Positions 1 to 13,452 of a stretch of 64,000 bases of DNA are shown here, piece by piece (the stretch's first letter is position 1; the number at the start of each line of letters is the position of its first letter). The translations under genes were made by a program, and so were the position numbers. The stretch covers positions 131,316,001 to 131,380,000 of the forward strand of contig NC_043000.1 of assembly GCF_006345805.1 (NCBI RefSeq). Direction: 5' to 3'. This DNA is from Octopus sinensis (Eukaryota). The notes beneath the pieces were generated by a model, which searched no databases, was not told the DNA's origin, and saw nothing but the letters and a program-made list of their open reading frames with translations.

Positions 1-1319
1 CTCATGAACATCTGTGTTTCAACACAGATAGGTAGGAAGCAACTACTACAGTCAACCTTTTGTTACCACATTTCTGTGAAATGCTCTGCTTTCATTTCAA
101 TTAATTTTGAAAATAATGAAGAATTTATTAAAATAACTTTGTCAGTATTAATCTGGTTTTTGGAACTTAAATTAACTAGTAATTTTGATGCAAGGTTTTT
201 AACTTTGATCACTTTGAAACAAGACGTTTGCATATAGAACCAGGGGTGTTATCAGGTGGCTTGATATCAAAAGAGTTAAAGTGATAGGAAAGGGAATTTC
301 AACTGCTAAGTTGCTAGATTTTTCGCTTTGTTCAGTTGCCAGTACTTAATTGGGAATTCATTTTATCAACCTAAAAGGAATGAGATTTAAACTTAAAACA
401 TAAGGAGCTACAACAAACACCACTTCTACTGATCAACATCTCAACAGGAAGTCATTACATGAACATTCTCATCACAACAGAAATTTTTTACAAATTATGC
501 TAACATTATTTTCAGTTTTTCAAAATATTTCCTGGTTTCCCTAATAATTTGAGATTCACAAAATCCACTGTTATTTGGACAATTTCAGAAATAGTGGAAA
601 GAATATTTGGTGCAGACTTTAAAAGATTGTTTCTACTATTGACTTTAGTAGGGAGAGGGTTAGTTGATTATATTAACTTCAGTGCTCAACTGGTACTTTA
701 TTTATTGATTCCAAAATAATAAATGGTGAAGTTGACCTCAGCAGAATTTAAACTTACAATGTAAAGTACCAGAAGAAATGTCACTAAGCACTTAACTTGC
801 TGTGCCAATGGTTCTGTCAACTGACTGTCTTGTTTCTCCAAACATTTATGTGTGTATCCTCTTCACAATATTGTTTCTAATTTAGAGACAAGATCAGAAA
901 TTTTGAGGACCAGTTCCCCACCCCACTCCACAGTAGCTGTGTACTTCATTTTAATGACCCTGGAAGAATGAATGATAAAGTCGACTTCCTTGGTGGGATT
1001 TGAACTTGAAACATAAAACGTCAGGAGAAATATTACAAAGCATTTGTTCTGATGCTCTAATAATTCTGTCACAAATTAACAATTCTTTTGTTGTTGCTGT
1101 TGTTTAGCTCAAAGGTTACCCTTGATCAAGAAAAGATTTGATCAAAGGTAAGCTGACCATGACCATCCAACTATTCAGTTTTTTGTTAGGTGTAGTGTAT
1201 ATAGGACTTCATTATGTAAAGTTTCCTTCCTTTTTAAGAGGGCAAGTTGTAACATGCAGAAGGATTTGGTGGCCAATTTTAGCAAACTGAGCAACCACAT
1301 AGGGTTATTTTCATAATCC

Positions 1320-2754
1320 TAGGATAAAGCTATTATGCTGGAGCAATTTATGAACAAGAAATCAACTTTTCACTTGCTTCAATACTAAACAAGATGCCAA
1401 AATGCAGCTGCATTGAATGCCATAGGTGGTAGTCGCAAACAATTGTCATGAAAACCAAAATGCACATGCATCTCGTGGAAGTTATGGGTATAAAAATCAA
1501 CTTGAACCACGTTCCTGGCATTCATAATCTGGACACATCAGGTATGACCCAATTGTCAGCAGCACAGGGAGAACAAGCTATTGGCCAATTTTCAAGCAGG
1601 GCAGCGTGCCCTGGTTATTGCAAAAGCTTACAATGTTCATGTCAGCACCATCTATTGCCTGCAACGATACAACAACACTAACAGCACTGTAGACTGTGCC
1701 CGCAGAAGGCACTCTTGGGTGACCATGCCCAGGCAGGACCACTTTATCCACCTGCAACACCTTTATGATTGCTTCAGACCAGCCAGCATGACAGCTTGCA
1801 AGACCATAGGCATTAGGCAGTGACCCATCAGTGATGACACAGTATGATGTCGACTGGCTGCCAACAACCTGCATTGCCATCATCCTGCTCAAGAGCCTGT
1901 CCTCACTGCCCACCACTGTCAAGCATGACTACAGTGGGGCACACACCACTGACATTGGTGGCACCAACAATGGAGTTCGGTAGTCTTCTCTGATGAGAGC
2001 CGGTACTGCATTTCAACCTCGGATGGCAGAGTGAAGGTGTGACGTATGAGGGATAAACGCTACAGAGATGTGTGGGGTGGCCAAAACATCATGGTTTGGG
2101 GTGCTATAGGCCTGAATCAGAGAACTGAGCCTCATGTGTTCCAAAATGTTGGTGTGGGCAAAGGGAATGACATCAGAGCATAGCGCTACATTGGCCAGAT
2201 CCTAAGACCACACATCATGCTTTTCTTTGCATGTCCCCACAGCCGCATATTCCAGCAGGACAATGCTCCCTCCCACACAGCCAGGGTTACCATGGGTTTC
2301 CTGCATCAGCACAACATCAGAACCATGCTGAGGCCAGCTCTCAGCCCGGATTTGAACCCAATTGAATACCTGTGGGATGAAATCCAGAGAAGGCTGAACC
2401 AGGTGGTTCCAAAGCTGACAACTCGTGTGAAATTGGAGGCAGCTTTACTCAAGGTGTGGTCACAGGTACCAATGGCTTTTGTAAACCGCCTCATGCACTC
2501 CATGTACTGATGGTGTATGTCTATTTTTAACACCTAGGGAGGGCATTCACGGTATTGAACATGTCACACCCTACAATCTCAATGTGCTGGATCTGCCCAC
2601 TACCAGAACACATAACAACGACCCATAGACTGTGGTCAAAGTGCATCCAAAAAATTGACTTCATCAGATTTATCAAAATTTATTTCTGACATAATGAAAT
2701 TAAAACATATTTCTCAGTCACACATGTCTCGCGTTTCTTTTGTGGTTCAGTGTA
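1320..2754 (+). mobile_element. Degenerate Tc1/mariner DNA transposon (DD34E transposase pseudogene, about 1555-2557)
   Basis: HTH-like N-terminus (IAKAYNVHVSTIY), VVFSDES, QQDNAPSH then exactly 34 aa to E in SPDLNPIEYLW, C-terminal GGHSRY. One frameshift and 8 stops. Right end ...GGTTCAGTG|TA at 2752-2754. Left terminus not identified, so the start is approximate. Confidence 0.92.
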
Positions 2755-3496
2755 TATGAAATCTGATTGGCTATTTGTAATTAATTAAACATGATCATTT
2801 GCAGCTACAACATCGTATATAAACATATGTTTATGATGCAGCTTTATAGCATAAAATTCAGCTGAGATGATCAATTGTAAATTCTGACATTATAGTTAAC
2901 TGATGCCAATAAATAACAAGAATATCATTTTTACATAATTATTGTGTGAAGACATCCAAAACTATGTCCCAAAATATGGGAAGAAAACTTATGATTGAAT
3001 TCATCATCATCATCATTTTAGCATCCACTTTACCATGATCGGATGAGTAGGATGGAATATACTGAAGCAGATTTTCTACAGTTAGATGCCCTTCCTATCT
3101 CCAGCCCTCACCTATTTTCAAGAATGGTAATATTTCCCATGTCCAGACATGTTCTTGCAGAATGTGGTAAATGAAGGACACCTCTTATATGACATTGACA
3201 GTCATTTTTACAACTACCACATAATGGTAAGTCAAGGGGACATAAGCATGCACACACACACACATACACAGAAACACTACAGGAGGCTTTTTTCAGTTTC
3301 CATGTACTAAATTCACTTACAAGGCTTTGGTCAACCTGGGGTTATAGCAAAAGACACCTCCCCAAGATGCCATGCAGTGAGACTGAACCCAGAACCAGGT
3401 GGTTGGGAAGCAAAAGTCTTTCCATACAGCTATGCCTGCACCTATTTCTGAATTTCTCATTAAGGTTTAAAACACCATCAATGATATTAAAAAGAA

Positions 3497-3760
3497 AAAA
3501 ATATAAAATAAATGCGCCCTTTTAAAGCCTAGCCAGGCTCATGGGCCTGGTTTCCCGGTTTCTATAGTATATGTGTTCCCCAGCTGGATGGGACGCCAAT
3601 CCATTGCAGAGTTACTCATTTTTGCCAGCTGAGTGGACTGGAGCAACGTGAAATGAAGTGTTTTGCTCAAGAATACAACACGTCGCCCGGTCTAGGAATT
3701 GAAACCACAATCTTATGATCGTGATGCTGACACCCTAACCACTAAGCCCCGTGCCTCCAC
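3497..3760 (-). mobile_element. tRNA-headed SINE (family 3), young full copy; relatives at about 15270-15390, 16200-16470, 18715-18985, 29945-30222 and 40693-41040
   Basis: Perfect 14-bp TSD GATATTAAAAAGAA (3483-3496 and 3761-3774); A-box-like and B-box-like (GGTTTCAATTCC) head on the minus strand. Confidence 0.88.
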
Positions 3761-4430
3761 GATATTAAAAAGAAGTGACCAGTAAAAATAGCAATGGGTC
3801 ATGGTCATCATTCAGAACATTCTATTGTGTCTTAGTGATGTTTATGATTAAAGTGCACAATTCGTACCTAATTAGAAACAAGTTCTTCTCTGAGGTACCA
3901 TTTATTATTATTGATTTTTCTTATGAAGCTCCAGTACATCTTCATTCTTCATTTTCTTGTTTGTCTCTTCTTTCAAACACAGTCAACAACTCTTCCAGTC
4001 ACTTATTCAGTTAATTAGAGGTGATGCTTCTTAATAAGACAGACTACTGAATTATTTTACCTCCTCATATGATAACAAATTTATAAAGAGTGCAAATATA
4101 TGTATAAATGTAAATTGCTTGTGTTGAAAATGTTACTAAGTTTGTGGAAGATGTAAGATTGGCCTACTTCTAGAGAAAGTAGCAATTTAACTTAAAATTA
4201 GGGTTGTACTACTAAAATCATGATGTGGCTATTGTTGTTAGTGTACTTTTAGTGCTTTTTCATTATCAAACTAAAACCATTCAATTTTTAATTTTAAAAG
4301 ATAGGAACTTGATGACTTACATGACTATGGTGAAATAGCAAATTGTATAATTAACATCATAAAATTAAAAGCATAATTATTAATTCTTTTGCACTTAGTC
4401 TTATAATTCTAGTTGAAGATCAATTTAGAA

Positions 4431-4726
4431 CATAGGTTCTCAAAGTGGATGCTACCACACCCCAATGGGCGTTGAGACAGTCCAGTGAGCACTAGTACCT
4501 AAGGGGGTGGTAGAGAAAAAGGAGGTGTTGAGAGGAAGGCAGTCGATTGGAGGACGCTATGAATTTATTATAATATTATTATAGTATTGTATACAAGGTA
4601 TATATTATATTAGATATCAAATGATTCATAGTATATATATAAAATATTTATACATAAAAATAGGGGTAGGGCACTGAGGGTATTATGTGGCCATGAGGTG
4701 GGGCCCTAAAAGTTTGAGAACCTCTG
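4431..4726. mobile_element. hAT (Charlie-like) MITE
   Basis: Termini CATAGGTTCTCAAA / TTTGAGAACCTCTG; perfect 8-bp TSD ATTTAGAA (4423-4430 and 4727-4734). Confidence 0.88.
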
Positions 4727-5208
4727 ATTTAGAAGAATAAAATTGGATATTTAATGCAGTTGGAGGTTATATATACCAATTCTCCTGCCTTTCTAATGAT
4801 ATATCTAACTTTTTTTTTTCAAATTTCAGATATTTTGCATGGGACAGGGATTATTTTATCATTGTCATAGTACATTCAAAATACCCAGTAACTCCTAGTA
4901 ATGTCGGTTTTACTGAAAGATGTTTCAGCCCCCACCCCACCTTCCAACAAAAATAGAAACTAAAGAGCCTTTAAAACCTTTATGACTTCTTGATAATTTA
5001 AAAAAGAGTCATGCTGATAAAAGCAAGAGAACTGTTGGTTATTTCAAGACAATTGAAAACCATTTTTGACCAATTAAAGTAAGAAATCAAATTAGGTGAA
5101 GGCAACATTCTGCTGTGTTAGTATATACCTTCTTTCAGTTTATGGTCATCATAAAAATGATGTACATGCACCATCAGAAGGGCATTGTTATCAAGAACAG
5201 TGAACTTA

Positions 5209-5440
5209 AAAGGCGGCGAACTGGCAGAAACGTTAGCACGCCAGGCAAAATGCTTAGCAGTATTTCGTCTGCTGCTACGTTGAGTTCAAATTCCGCCAAG
5301 GGCGACTTTGCCTTCCATCCTTTCGGGGTCGATTAAATAAGTACCAGTTATGCACTGGGGTCGATATAATCGACTTAATCCATTTGTCTGTCCTTGTTTG
5401 TCCCCTCTGTGTGTAGCCCCCTAGTGGGCAGTAAAGAAAT
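5209..5440 (+). mobile_element. tRNA-headed SINE (family 2, core GCCTTTCATCCTTTCGGGGTCGATAAA); further copies near 660-830, 955-1075, 7855-8080, 18320-18520, 36065-36290, 42975-43280, 47195-47410 and 54020-54230
   Basis: 16-bp TSD AAGAACAGTGAACTTA (5193-5208 and 5441-5456); B-box GAGTTCAAATTCC. The core resembles Meta/MESC-type SINE cores from memory, unverified. Confidence 0.88.
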
Positions 5441-5689
5441 AAGAACAGTGAACTTATCAACCTGAATTTAGAAATTTTTAACCTGGTTGTGATTCAGTAA
5501 TTAGAAACATTTCATCAACATTATTCAACATTCACTTTCCATGCTGGCAAAGGCTGGATGGGTTTATCACATTCTGAGTCAGTTCTTATTCAAAGTTACT
5601 GCCCTCCTTAAATATACCAGGAGATCACATCTTGCTCAGGCATTTTATTTTAGCAAACTATCATTAGTTGAATGTTCTCCAATTACCAG

Positions 5690-6110
5690 CCATTTTACAG
5701 AGACCTGTTGCAAATGAACAAAATACCTAAATACAAGTCCTTTATATACCTGGCTATTGTGAGATAATCTATAATTTAAATTTTCAGTGTTGTACTTGTC
5801 TCACAAGTGATATTTGAGAAAATATGTTGATTTGAAATTAAAGTAATTTTACAACATTGAAAAATTATTTTAGCCAAACAGTTTCTGCATATTTTTGAAT
5901 GACTAAAATGCTTTTTCCATAATGTAATTGTTATAAATTAAAGTTTATAATATATCTCTATAGATTAGAAAGATTACAATATTGATATAAATGTCAATAA
6001 TTAACATTAAGCATATGAACAAAATAAAACCTCAACAAGTTAGAAATGAATCTTTTTTTTTTTCTGGCCATATAAATTCTATTAGGTTGAAGACATTATC
6101 AAACTATCTT
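5690..6110 (+). repeat. Degenerate direct repeat, copy 1 (copy 2 at about 8690-9140)
   Basis: Colinear shared blocks such as TATTGTGAGATAATCTAyAAyTTAAATTTTCAG, TAGCCAAACA and TATAAATGTCAATAATT. Confidence 0.8.
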
Positions 6111-8689
6111 TAAAGCTTTAAAAAACAATTATTATTTTGTGGCACCAGCACTAGAGAGGTTGTCATGCTGCGAGCAAGACAAGACCAAAAGGTCTGTTCA
6201 ATCCTTTATTGTTTGCACATGTTTGCCAGTTCCTTTATAGAATATACTGGAAGCATTTTATCATTGTAGCAGCATTAGTAGGGCTGCTGTGTACGCAGCA
6301 AAACAAAAAGAAGTCTTCTCTACTCTGTATCTCTCTATCTGTCTGGGGGATATCCTTTCATAGTTAATTCATGCATAACTGAATGAATTAAAATTCAGGG
6401 ATTGAATCCTGTGTATAAGAGATTGGAGAAAAAGATTATATAAGATCAGGCATGAAATTCCGCATCAACAAAACAGTTTTTAAATCCGTAGCCAGGGTAA
6501 CAACCATGAATTAATGGCTTAACACACAAAAGCATAAAAAAAATAACAGAAAAAAAAAACCTACTGGATTTATGCCAATTGTCAAAATGTATAATGTTAA
6601 TAAAATTAGATAAAATATAGAAGTTGTTGTTTAGCCTTAGGTCAGCTCTGATTGAGTAGAACTGTGTCCAAAAATATTTCAGCCATGACCATCCTGTCTT
6701 ATTTTGTTTTCTAGATACAGTGTATCAAGAATCACAGTATCCAATGTGTCCTCTTTTTAAGATGATAAACTGTGCTCTTATGAGTTTTGGCTGCTATTTC
6801 ATGTAGAGGCTTTCCCATTAGCTTGAAAGTATAAGAATGTTTATATGTGGCTCACAGGATCAGATGCTACTGACTTTTTCTGTGTCTTTTAAGAATTATA
6901 TTTAATTCTACATCATAGGTGTAGGTATAACTGTATGTCTGTGAATACAGAGTTAGCTTTGTTACCATGAGGCCTCAAGTTCTAGCTCATTACACAGCAC
7001 CTTTGGTAAGTAACTTCTGCTGACATCTTGGGCTAACCGATGCCTTATGAGTGGAATTGGTTGATAGAAACTGCATGGAAGCCCATCGTATATACATGTG
7101 CATGTATCTGTGAATGTTTCCATTCCATATCCTTATTGCTCAAAAACTAGTCATAACATCATGTTGACAAGTTGTTCATAAATCATCCTTTGATTTTTAC
7201 TTGCAAAGACAAGTGGAATTAAATAAAATCCTTTATTTGAAAAACAAGGGTTAACAAGAAGGACATGCAGCTGTAAACAATGCTTCCATATGTATTTGTC
7301 TAACCCATGCTGGCATAGAAAAATGGACATCAACTGAATGAATCATGCTTTACTTTCCTCAATGTGGAGGGATAAATACCAGACTTTTTAAAATTGACAT
7401 TGCTCAAAGTATGAAATTCATTTTCCATTCTCTGATTTGATTTCTGCAAATGTCCAAAGCTCTATGAGCTGATCTTGTTCATGAAAGTGTTTACTTTATT
7501 TCCTTTAATGACTCCAGAAACTATATAAATCATTTTGAAATTTTCATGTCACACACTGGTATTTATTTAAATTTACATTAAAACATATTGGTATTGGCAG
7601 TTGCATAGCTGTGGGCAAGAAGTGGTAAGCTCTGGGTAATGTTTTTTATGAGGATGGCACTTTTGGGTCTGTTTATAGGCTTGTGGGGACCCAGAGGCAA
7701 TTTAAAGAGTAGCCTTGGGCAGCACATTCTAGCTACATCACTGGGCATTGATGTTGTTATTATTGAATAATCAGAGTAAAATTATAATAATTAAGCATAG
7801 TACACCAACAGTTGGTCAGTTGGTTGAATGGAGTGTTCACTCAATATTTCTAACTATAAAAAGGCAGCAAGCTAGCAGAATCATGAACATGCCAGGCAAA
7901 ATGCCTCACAGTATTTCCTCTGTCTTTGTGTTCAGAGTTCAAATTCTGCTGGAGTTGACTTAGTCTTTTGTCTTTTCATGGTCAATAAAATAAGTACCGG
8001 TTGAGTACCTGGGACAATACAATCAACTTAGCCCCTCCAGCTGAAATTATTGGCTTTGTGCCAAAATTAGAAACCAATATTTCTAGATATAAATATTTAG
8101 TTTGATTGCAGCCCTGTTATGTAGAAGAACTCTGTGGAAGACGTATTTTTAAAGTTAATGGGGATTTGACCAGATTTATGCAATATCAGATTTAATGAAA
8201 ACACTGGCCTTAACAAAGCTGGGGAACAATAATAAAAGCAGATTGACTAGTGTTGAGTGCACATCTCTTACATATAGACTCACTCTTCTGGAAAAAGAAG
8301 AATATAGATGTTATCTAAAATTCTCAGGCTTAAAACATCCTATCTCTATCGATGCAGGGACAAGTTGTTTTGTTTATCTATTTTACATGCTGGTGCCACA
8401 TAAAAAAAAATAACCATTCCAGTGCCATATATAAAGCACCTGGTGCCATGTTAAAAGCACCCAGTGTACTTAGTAAAGGGGTTGATATTAGGTAGGGTAT
8501 CCAGCTGTAGAAACCATGCAAAAAGAACTGGAGCCTGGTGCAGCACTCCAGCTGGCCAGATCCTGTCAAACCATCGAATCCATGCCAGCATGGAAGATGG
8601 ATGTTAATGATAATGGTGATGATGATTTTTTAGTAGATTTGTTGGGTATTTTTTTATTGGCCAGGTGTCAAATGCAGAAGTTCCCTCTA

Positions 8690-9140
8690 GGCTTGTTGTA
8701 AACAAACAAAATACTAAGAAATAAGGATTTCACATACCCAATTATTGTGAGATAATCTACAACTTAAATTTTCAGAGTTGTACTTGTCTGGTAAGTATTT
8801 GATCAGACACAGTATGTTGAATTGAAACTAGAACTACTGCATGGGAACACTAATTTCATAGCCAAACATTTTCTGTGTGTTTTTCAATGGCTAAAATGCC
8901 TTGTCCATAAAGTTTATGATGTATCTCTAGAGATTAGCATGATATCTTTACATTATCATTCATATAAATGTCAATAATTTAACATTAAGCATAGGAACAC
9001 AAATAAAATCTCAATGACAGGTTGGAGATGAATCTTTCTTTTTTCTTTTTTGCATTTTTTGTGTTTTGTTCTTGCCATAATATAAATTCAGCTGACATTT
9101 TATAGTCTTAGGGTTGGAGACATTAGGAAAATTATCTTAA
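8690..9140 (+). repeat. Degenerate direct repeat, copy 2
   Basis: Same blocks in the same order as 5690-6110. Confidence 0.8.
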
Positions 9141-10344
9141 ACTCTCTGACCCATTCCGTTGTTGTTTATTGACCTGCATACATTAATCACTGAATTAGGG
9201 TACAGTGGATAATGTAAGTATGGCTGTGTAGTAAGAAGCTTTCCAACCACATAGTTTGGGGTTCAGTCCCACTGAGTGGCACCTTGGGTAAGTATCTTCT
9301 ACTAGGGCTTTGGGCCAATCAAAGCCTTGTCAGTGGATTTGGTAGCTGGAAACTAAAAGAAGCCTGCTGTATGTATATATATATATATATATATAAATGT
9401 GTGTGTGTGTGTGTGTTTGTCTTTGACCCTTACCACAACTTGAAAACTGGTGTTGGTGTGTGTAGGTTCCCATAACCTAGCTGTTCATCAAAAGGGACTA
9501 ATATAATAGTACCAGGCTTTTTAAAAAATGGGTATTAGGATTGATTCATTTGTCTACAAGTTTTCAAGATGGTGCTCCAGCATGGCTGCAGTCTGATAAC
9601 TGAAACAATAACTATGTCTGAATAATTGACTGGATGGTCATGATTGCAATGCTTTTGATCATTGGACCTTAGGGTTGACAACAACAATAACAATCAAATA
9701 AGGAGGCAACACAAAATAAAACCACTAAAGTGGAAAATATAATGATGTGTGATTGGGAAAGCTTCCGAGAAGAAGATTATCATTATAAATAACAAAACAA
9801 AATATAAAACAATAAAAAAATGCTGAAGTTGAAGCTCCAAAAACAAACAAAAAAAATGCTGTGACCAGAAATTGTAGAACATTGGCACAATAAAGATGTC
9901 ATAAGTTGAACAATAGTTGTGTAGTTTGGTTGTATGACTCAGAACTAAAAGGGTAAATTTTCTCCCCAGTGGTTAGATGTTAATCTTAGCATAGGTAGTT
10001 CAGTTAGTATTTAAAATATTTAATACTCTTTACTCTTTTACTTGTTCCAGTCATTTGACTGTGGCCATGCTGGAGCACCGCCTTTTAGTCGAGCAAATTG
10101 ACCCCAGGACTTATTCTTTGTAAGCTGAGTACTTTATTCTATCGGTCTCTTTCGTCGAACCGCTAGGTTACGGGGACGTAAACACACCAGCATTGGTTGT
10201 CAAGCGATGTTGGGGAGACAAACACAGACACACAAACATATGCACACACACATATATACGACGGGCTTCTTTCAGTTTCCCTCTACCAAATCCACTCACA
10301 AGGCTTTGGTCAGCCTGAGACTATAGTAGAAGACACTTGCCCTC

Positions 10345-10610
10345 CAGCCTTCATCAGGTGTCTTGGAGAAATTTCGAACCTGGGTTCTCATTCCTAAGGT
10401 ATTTTTCAATGTTATCATTATTATTAATATTATTATTATTATTATTCAAGTCACTGCCTGAAATCAAACTCAGAATCTTGGGGTTAGTAGCCATGCTCTT
10501 GACCACTACGCCATATGTCCTGATGAAGGCTGGAGGGTATATCAACCGAAACATTGTGTTAACAACAAACAAGATGAGGACAAATATCCGTCAAATGTAA
10601 ATAATGTAAA
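10345..10610. mobile_element. 5'-inverted composite element: tRNA-like head plus (AAT)n plus Penelope-type hammerhead 3' end
   Basis: Minus segment has A-box TGGCGTAGTGG and a decayed B-box and ends in GACAC-CTGATGAAGGCTGGAG. Plus segment restarts with the same 17-mer and continues to GAAAC. Confidence 0.7.
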
Positions 10611-11799
10611 TATTAACATGTTTAATTCAAATTAGTTGGTCCTCTATTGGTCAAAGCTGACCATGCACTTGTTTGTACAAACCCTGGCAAGATATTTTGA
10701 GGTAGACTAATAGATGCACATACATGCCTGTCTCCTCCCTCCACAACACCAGTGTTATTTCAAAAGAAAGGACACCAACTTGGGCCATTAAAGCTTGGCA
10801 CCAGTGTTATTGTATGTGATGTTGTCTGATTACAAGAAGCTGAAACATACTGCAAGAACTAACATTTTCTACCCCATCACTGCTCTGAATTGATGCTTTA
10901 ATTAGTGTTAATGCTCTAATTATGTGTTGAAGTAGAATAGCTTCAGGATATGACTCTCAGCTGTAGAAATCTGTATCACAGATGAATTCTTTTACTTGTT
11001 TCAGTCATTTGACTGTGGCAATGCTGGAGTACTGCCTTTAGTAATGTTTCATGTCCTATTGACCTGTTGGAGGTTTCACTCAAGACTGCCCTCACAGCAT
11101 TTCAAGAGAAGGAATACTTAAGTGGTTCCTAAATGTGAATGAAAAATGGTTACATGATCCAGTGAGTTGATGGAATTTCCACTGAATGTAGTCTTTATGT
11201 AGTGTTTCAATGGAGAGGTCAGTTTCTCATTGCTTCCTTTATTGTACACATAAAAGAATCTGAGTTCAACATTACTAGCTAACAATTCACCTATTAAATA
11301 AACATTTCTTTTAAACATACTAATAGCACAGCTCTATGGTACCTTTTCACAGCCAAAGAGACTGATGTACAGAAACCATGGAAGCACTAGGAATAGGAAA
11401 TACATCCTTGATTCTGCAACCATATCAATTCAATCAACAAGTAACTGCCTTTTTAGCTGTGATGACAATTATTTGTCTAAATAGGAGAAATGAAATTGTC
11501 AGAGTTTGTAAAATCAAAACAGAGTTCCTAAAATCAAGTTTTGTTTAACTCCAAGTTAGGTTTGATTGAGCAGAATAAGCAACCACATAGATATGCCTTT
11601 AAAAATCAAATAGATTGTAGAAACAGAACTTGCCAAGTGATGAATATCAAGTTACTGTCAAAACTCTCCAGTTATGACTATCCCATCTTTTTGGAGCATC
11701 AGGCTTATCTTCTGTTAAGGCAGTGGGAAGACTTGGCAATTATTTTTTGACTTAAGTGTGTAACAAGACTTATTGAGTTCCAAATACCAAGTTGTTTAA

Positions 11800-12020
11800 C
11801 TCTTTTGTTGCTGTATTTATTTTGAAATGCTCTGTGTTTCTTTCAATTACTTTAAATACAAACAAAGAATTTAGTAAAATAACTTAGTTATCATTCAGCT
11901 AGTGTTAGGAACATAAATTGTGACTAAGGTTTGGTGGAAGGTTTTAATTCAAAACTTATGAAAACAAGACATTTGTACTCAGAGCCAGAGCTGGTTTCAG
12001 TCGGGTTGGTAATGAAAGGG
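11800..12020. mobile_element. piggyBac-type MITE family B
   Basis: TTAA at 11796-11799 and 12021-12024; right end GAAAGGG; internal sequence matches 17851-18060. Confidence 0.8.
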
Positions 12021-12412
12021 TTAACCAGGTCAGCTTGATTGAACAAATGTGATCAAAGCTAATTCAGCTAAATCCATCCCATCATTTCAGAGTATCAGGC
12101 TTTCTTTATCCAATGTTGGTGCCTGTTTAGATGGCAGGAGAATTTCACTGTTATTTTTAGCAGGATGAGTGACCGCACAGCGAAATAGAAAATCACTGAG
12201 TTTCAAATGTCATGTTGTTCTTTAAATTCAGATCAGACTTCATTGAGCACTCCATGCTATGATCATCATGCTGTTTTAATAGTATTGAGGCTTATATTTT
12301 CCAGTGTTACACTCCTTGCTTTAAATGGCGGAATGTGATTTGCTGAGCAGATATGAGTGCTATTTCTAGCAGGATATGTTACCATGGTAAAGCTCTTTTA
12401 AAACTCACTTAG

Positions 12413-12612
12413 TCCTCTAGCATTCAGATTACTCTATCAAATGTAATGCTTATTAAGTCACACTTTTTGAATTAATAATGTATTATCTCATAGCTTCGGG
12501 ATTTTGATAACATGGTTCATTATTTTTAGAATGACATTGAAGGATATGTGTGAAAGGCCAGATCTATAGAATATTTCAGCTGGATATGGCCAGTTTAGAT
12601 GCTAAAGGGTTA
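12413..12612. mobile_element. piggyBac-type MITE family A (decayed); another copy at about 28545-28745
   Basis: Internal match to the intact copy at 44636-44855 (AGCATTCAGATTACTCT...GCTAAAGGG). Confidence 0.75.
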
Positions 12613-13021
12613 GAACTGCAGACCAACATAGAGACAGAATTCATCACAGTTAGATTGTATTAGTATTAGGTATTTCCCTTCTGAAAAATAAAACCTTAAA
12701 AAAAGGCATTTTCAAAATTTATATACAGATTATCAAATATATAAGCAATTCCATTAATTTAGAGAGAACAGGCCTATAACTTCTTCCATGCTTCACTTTA
12801 ATTTGTGACTTATTCACAAACAGTCACAATAAAAGTCACACATGAATAATAGATATTCATTTTATTATCAATTTATTAGTTCTCCACTCCAAATATATTA
12901 GAATACAAGAGAAAAAGAATGGAATAAATAAAGGGTCCACAGCAGATAAAAAGTACCAATAGTTATTATTAGGTTTGTTTTATTGGGTGTTATTTTCTCC
13001 TATCTCTTTCATTTACATATT

Positions 13022-13452
13022 ATGTGTGTGTATATATATATATATAACATATATATATATATATGTTATATATATATTATATATATATACACATATAATG
13101 TATATATATATATATATAATGTCATCATCATATTACATATATATATATATATATATACATATACACATACATATATTCATATATATACATACATATATAT
13201 ATATACACATACATATATATATATACATACTTATATATATACACATACATATATATATACACATACATATATATATACACATACATATATATATACACAT
13301 ACATATATATATATACACATACATATATATATACACACATATATATATATATATACACATACATATATATATATACACATATATATATACACACACATAT
13401 ATATATATATATATACACACATATATATATATATACACACACATATATATAT
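13022..13452. repeat. Compound (TA)n/(CA)n microsatellite with a TATACACATACATATA-like higher-order unit
   Basis: Read directly. It explains all the Y/I/H/T-rich ORFs at 12975-13621. Confidence 0.97.

Noticed and set aside
10447-10517. tRNA gene calls for this and other SINE heads
   Set aside because: A/B boxes present but no complete acceptor stem, and each continues into a repeat body.
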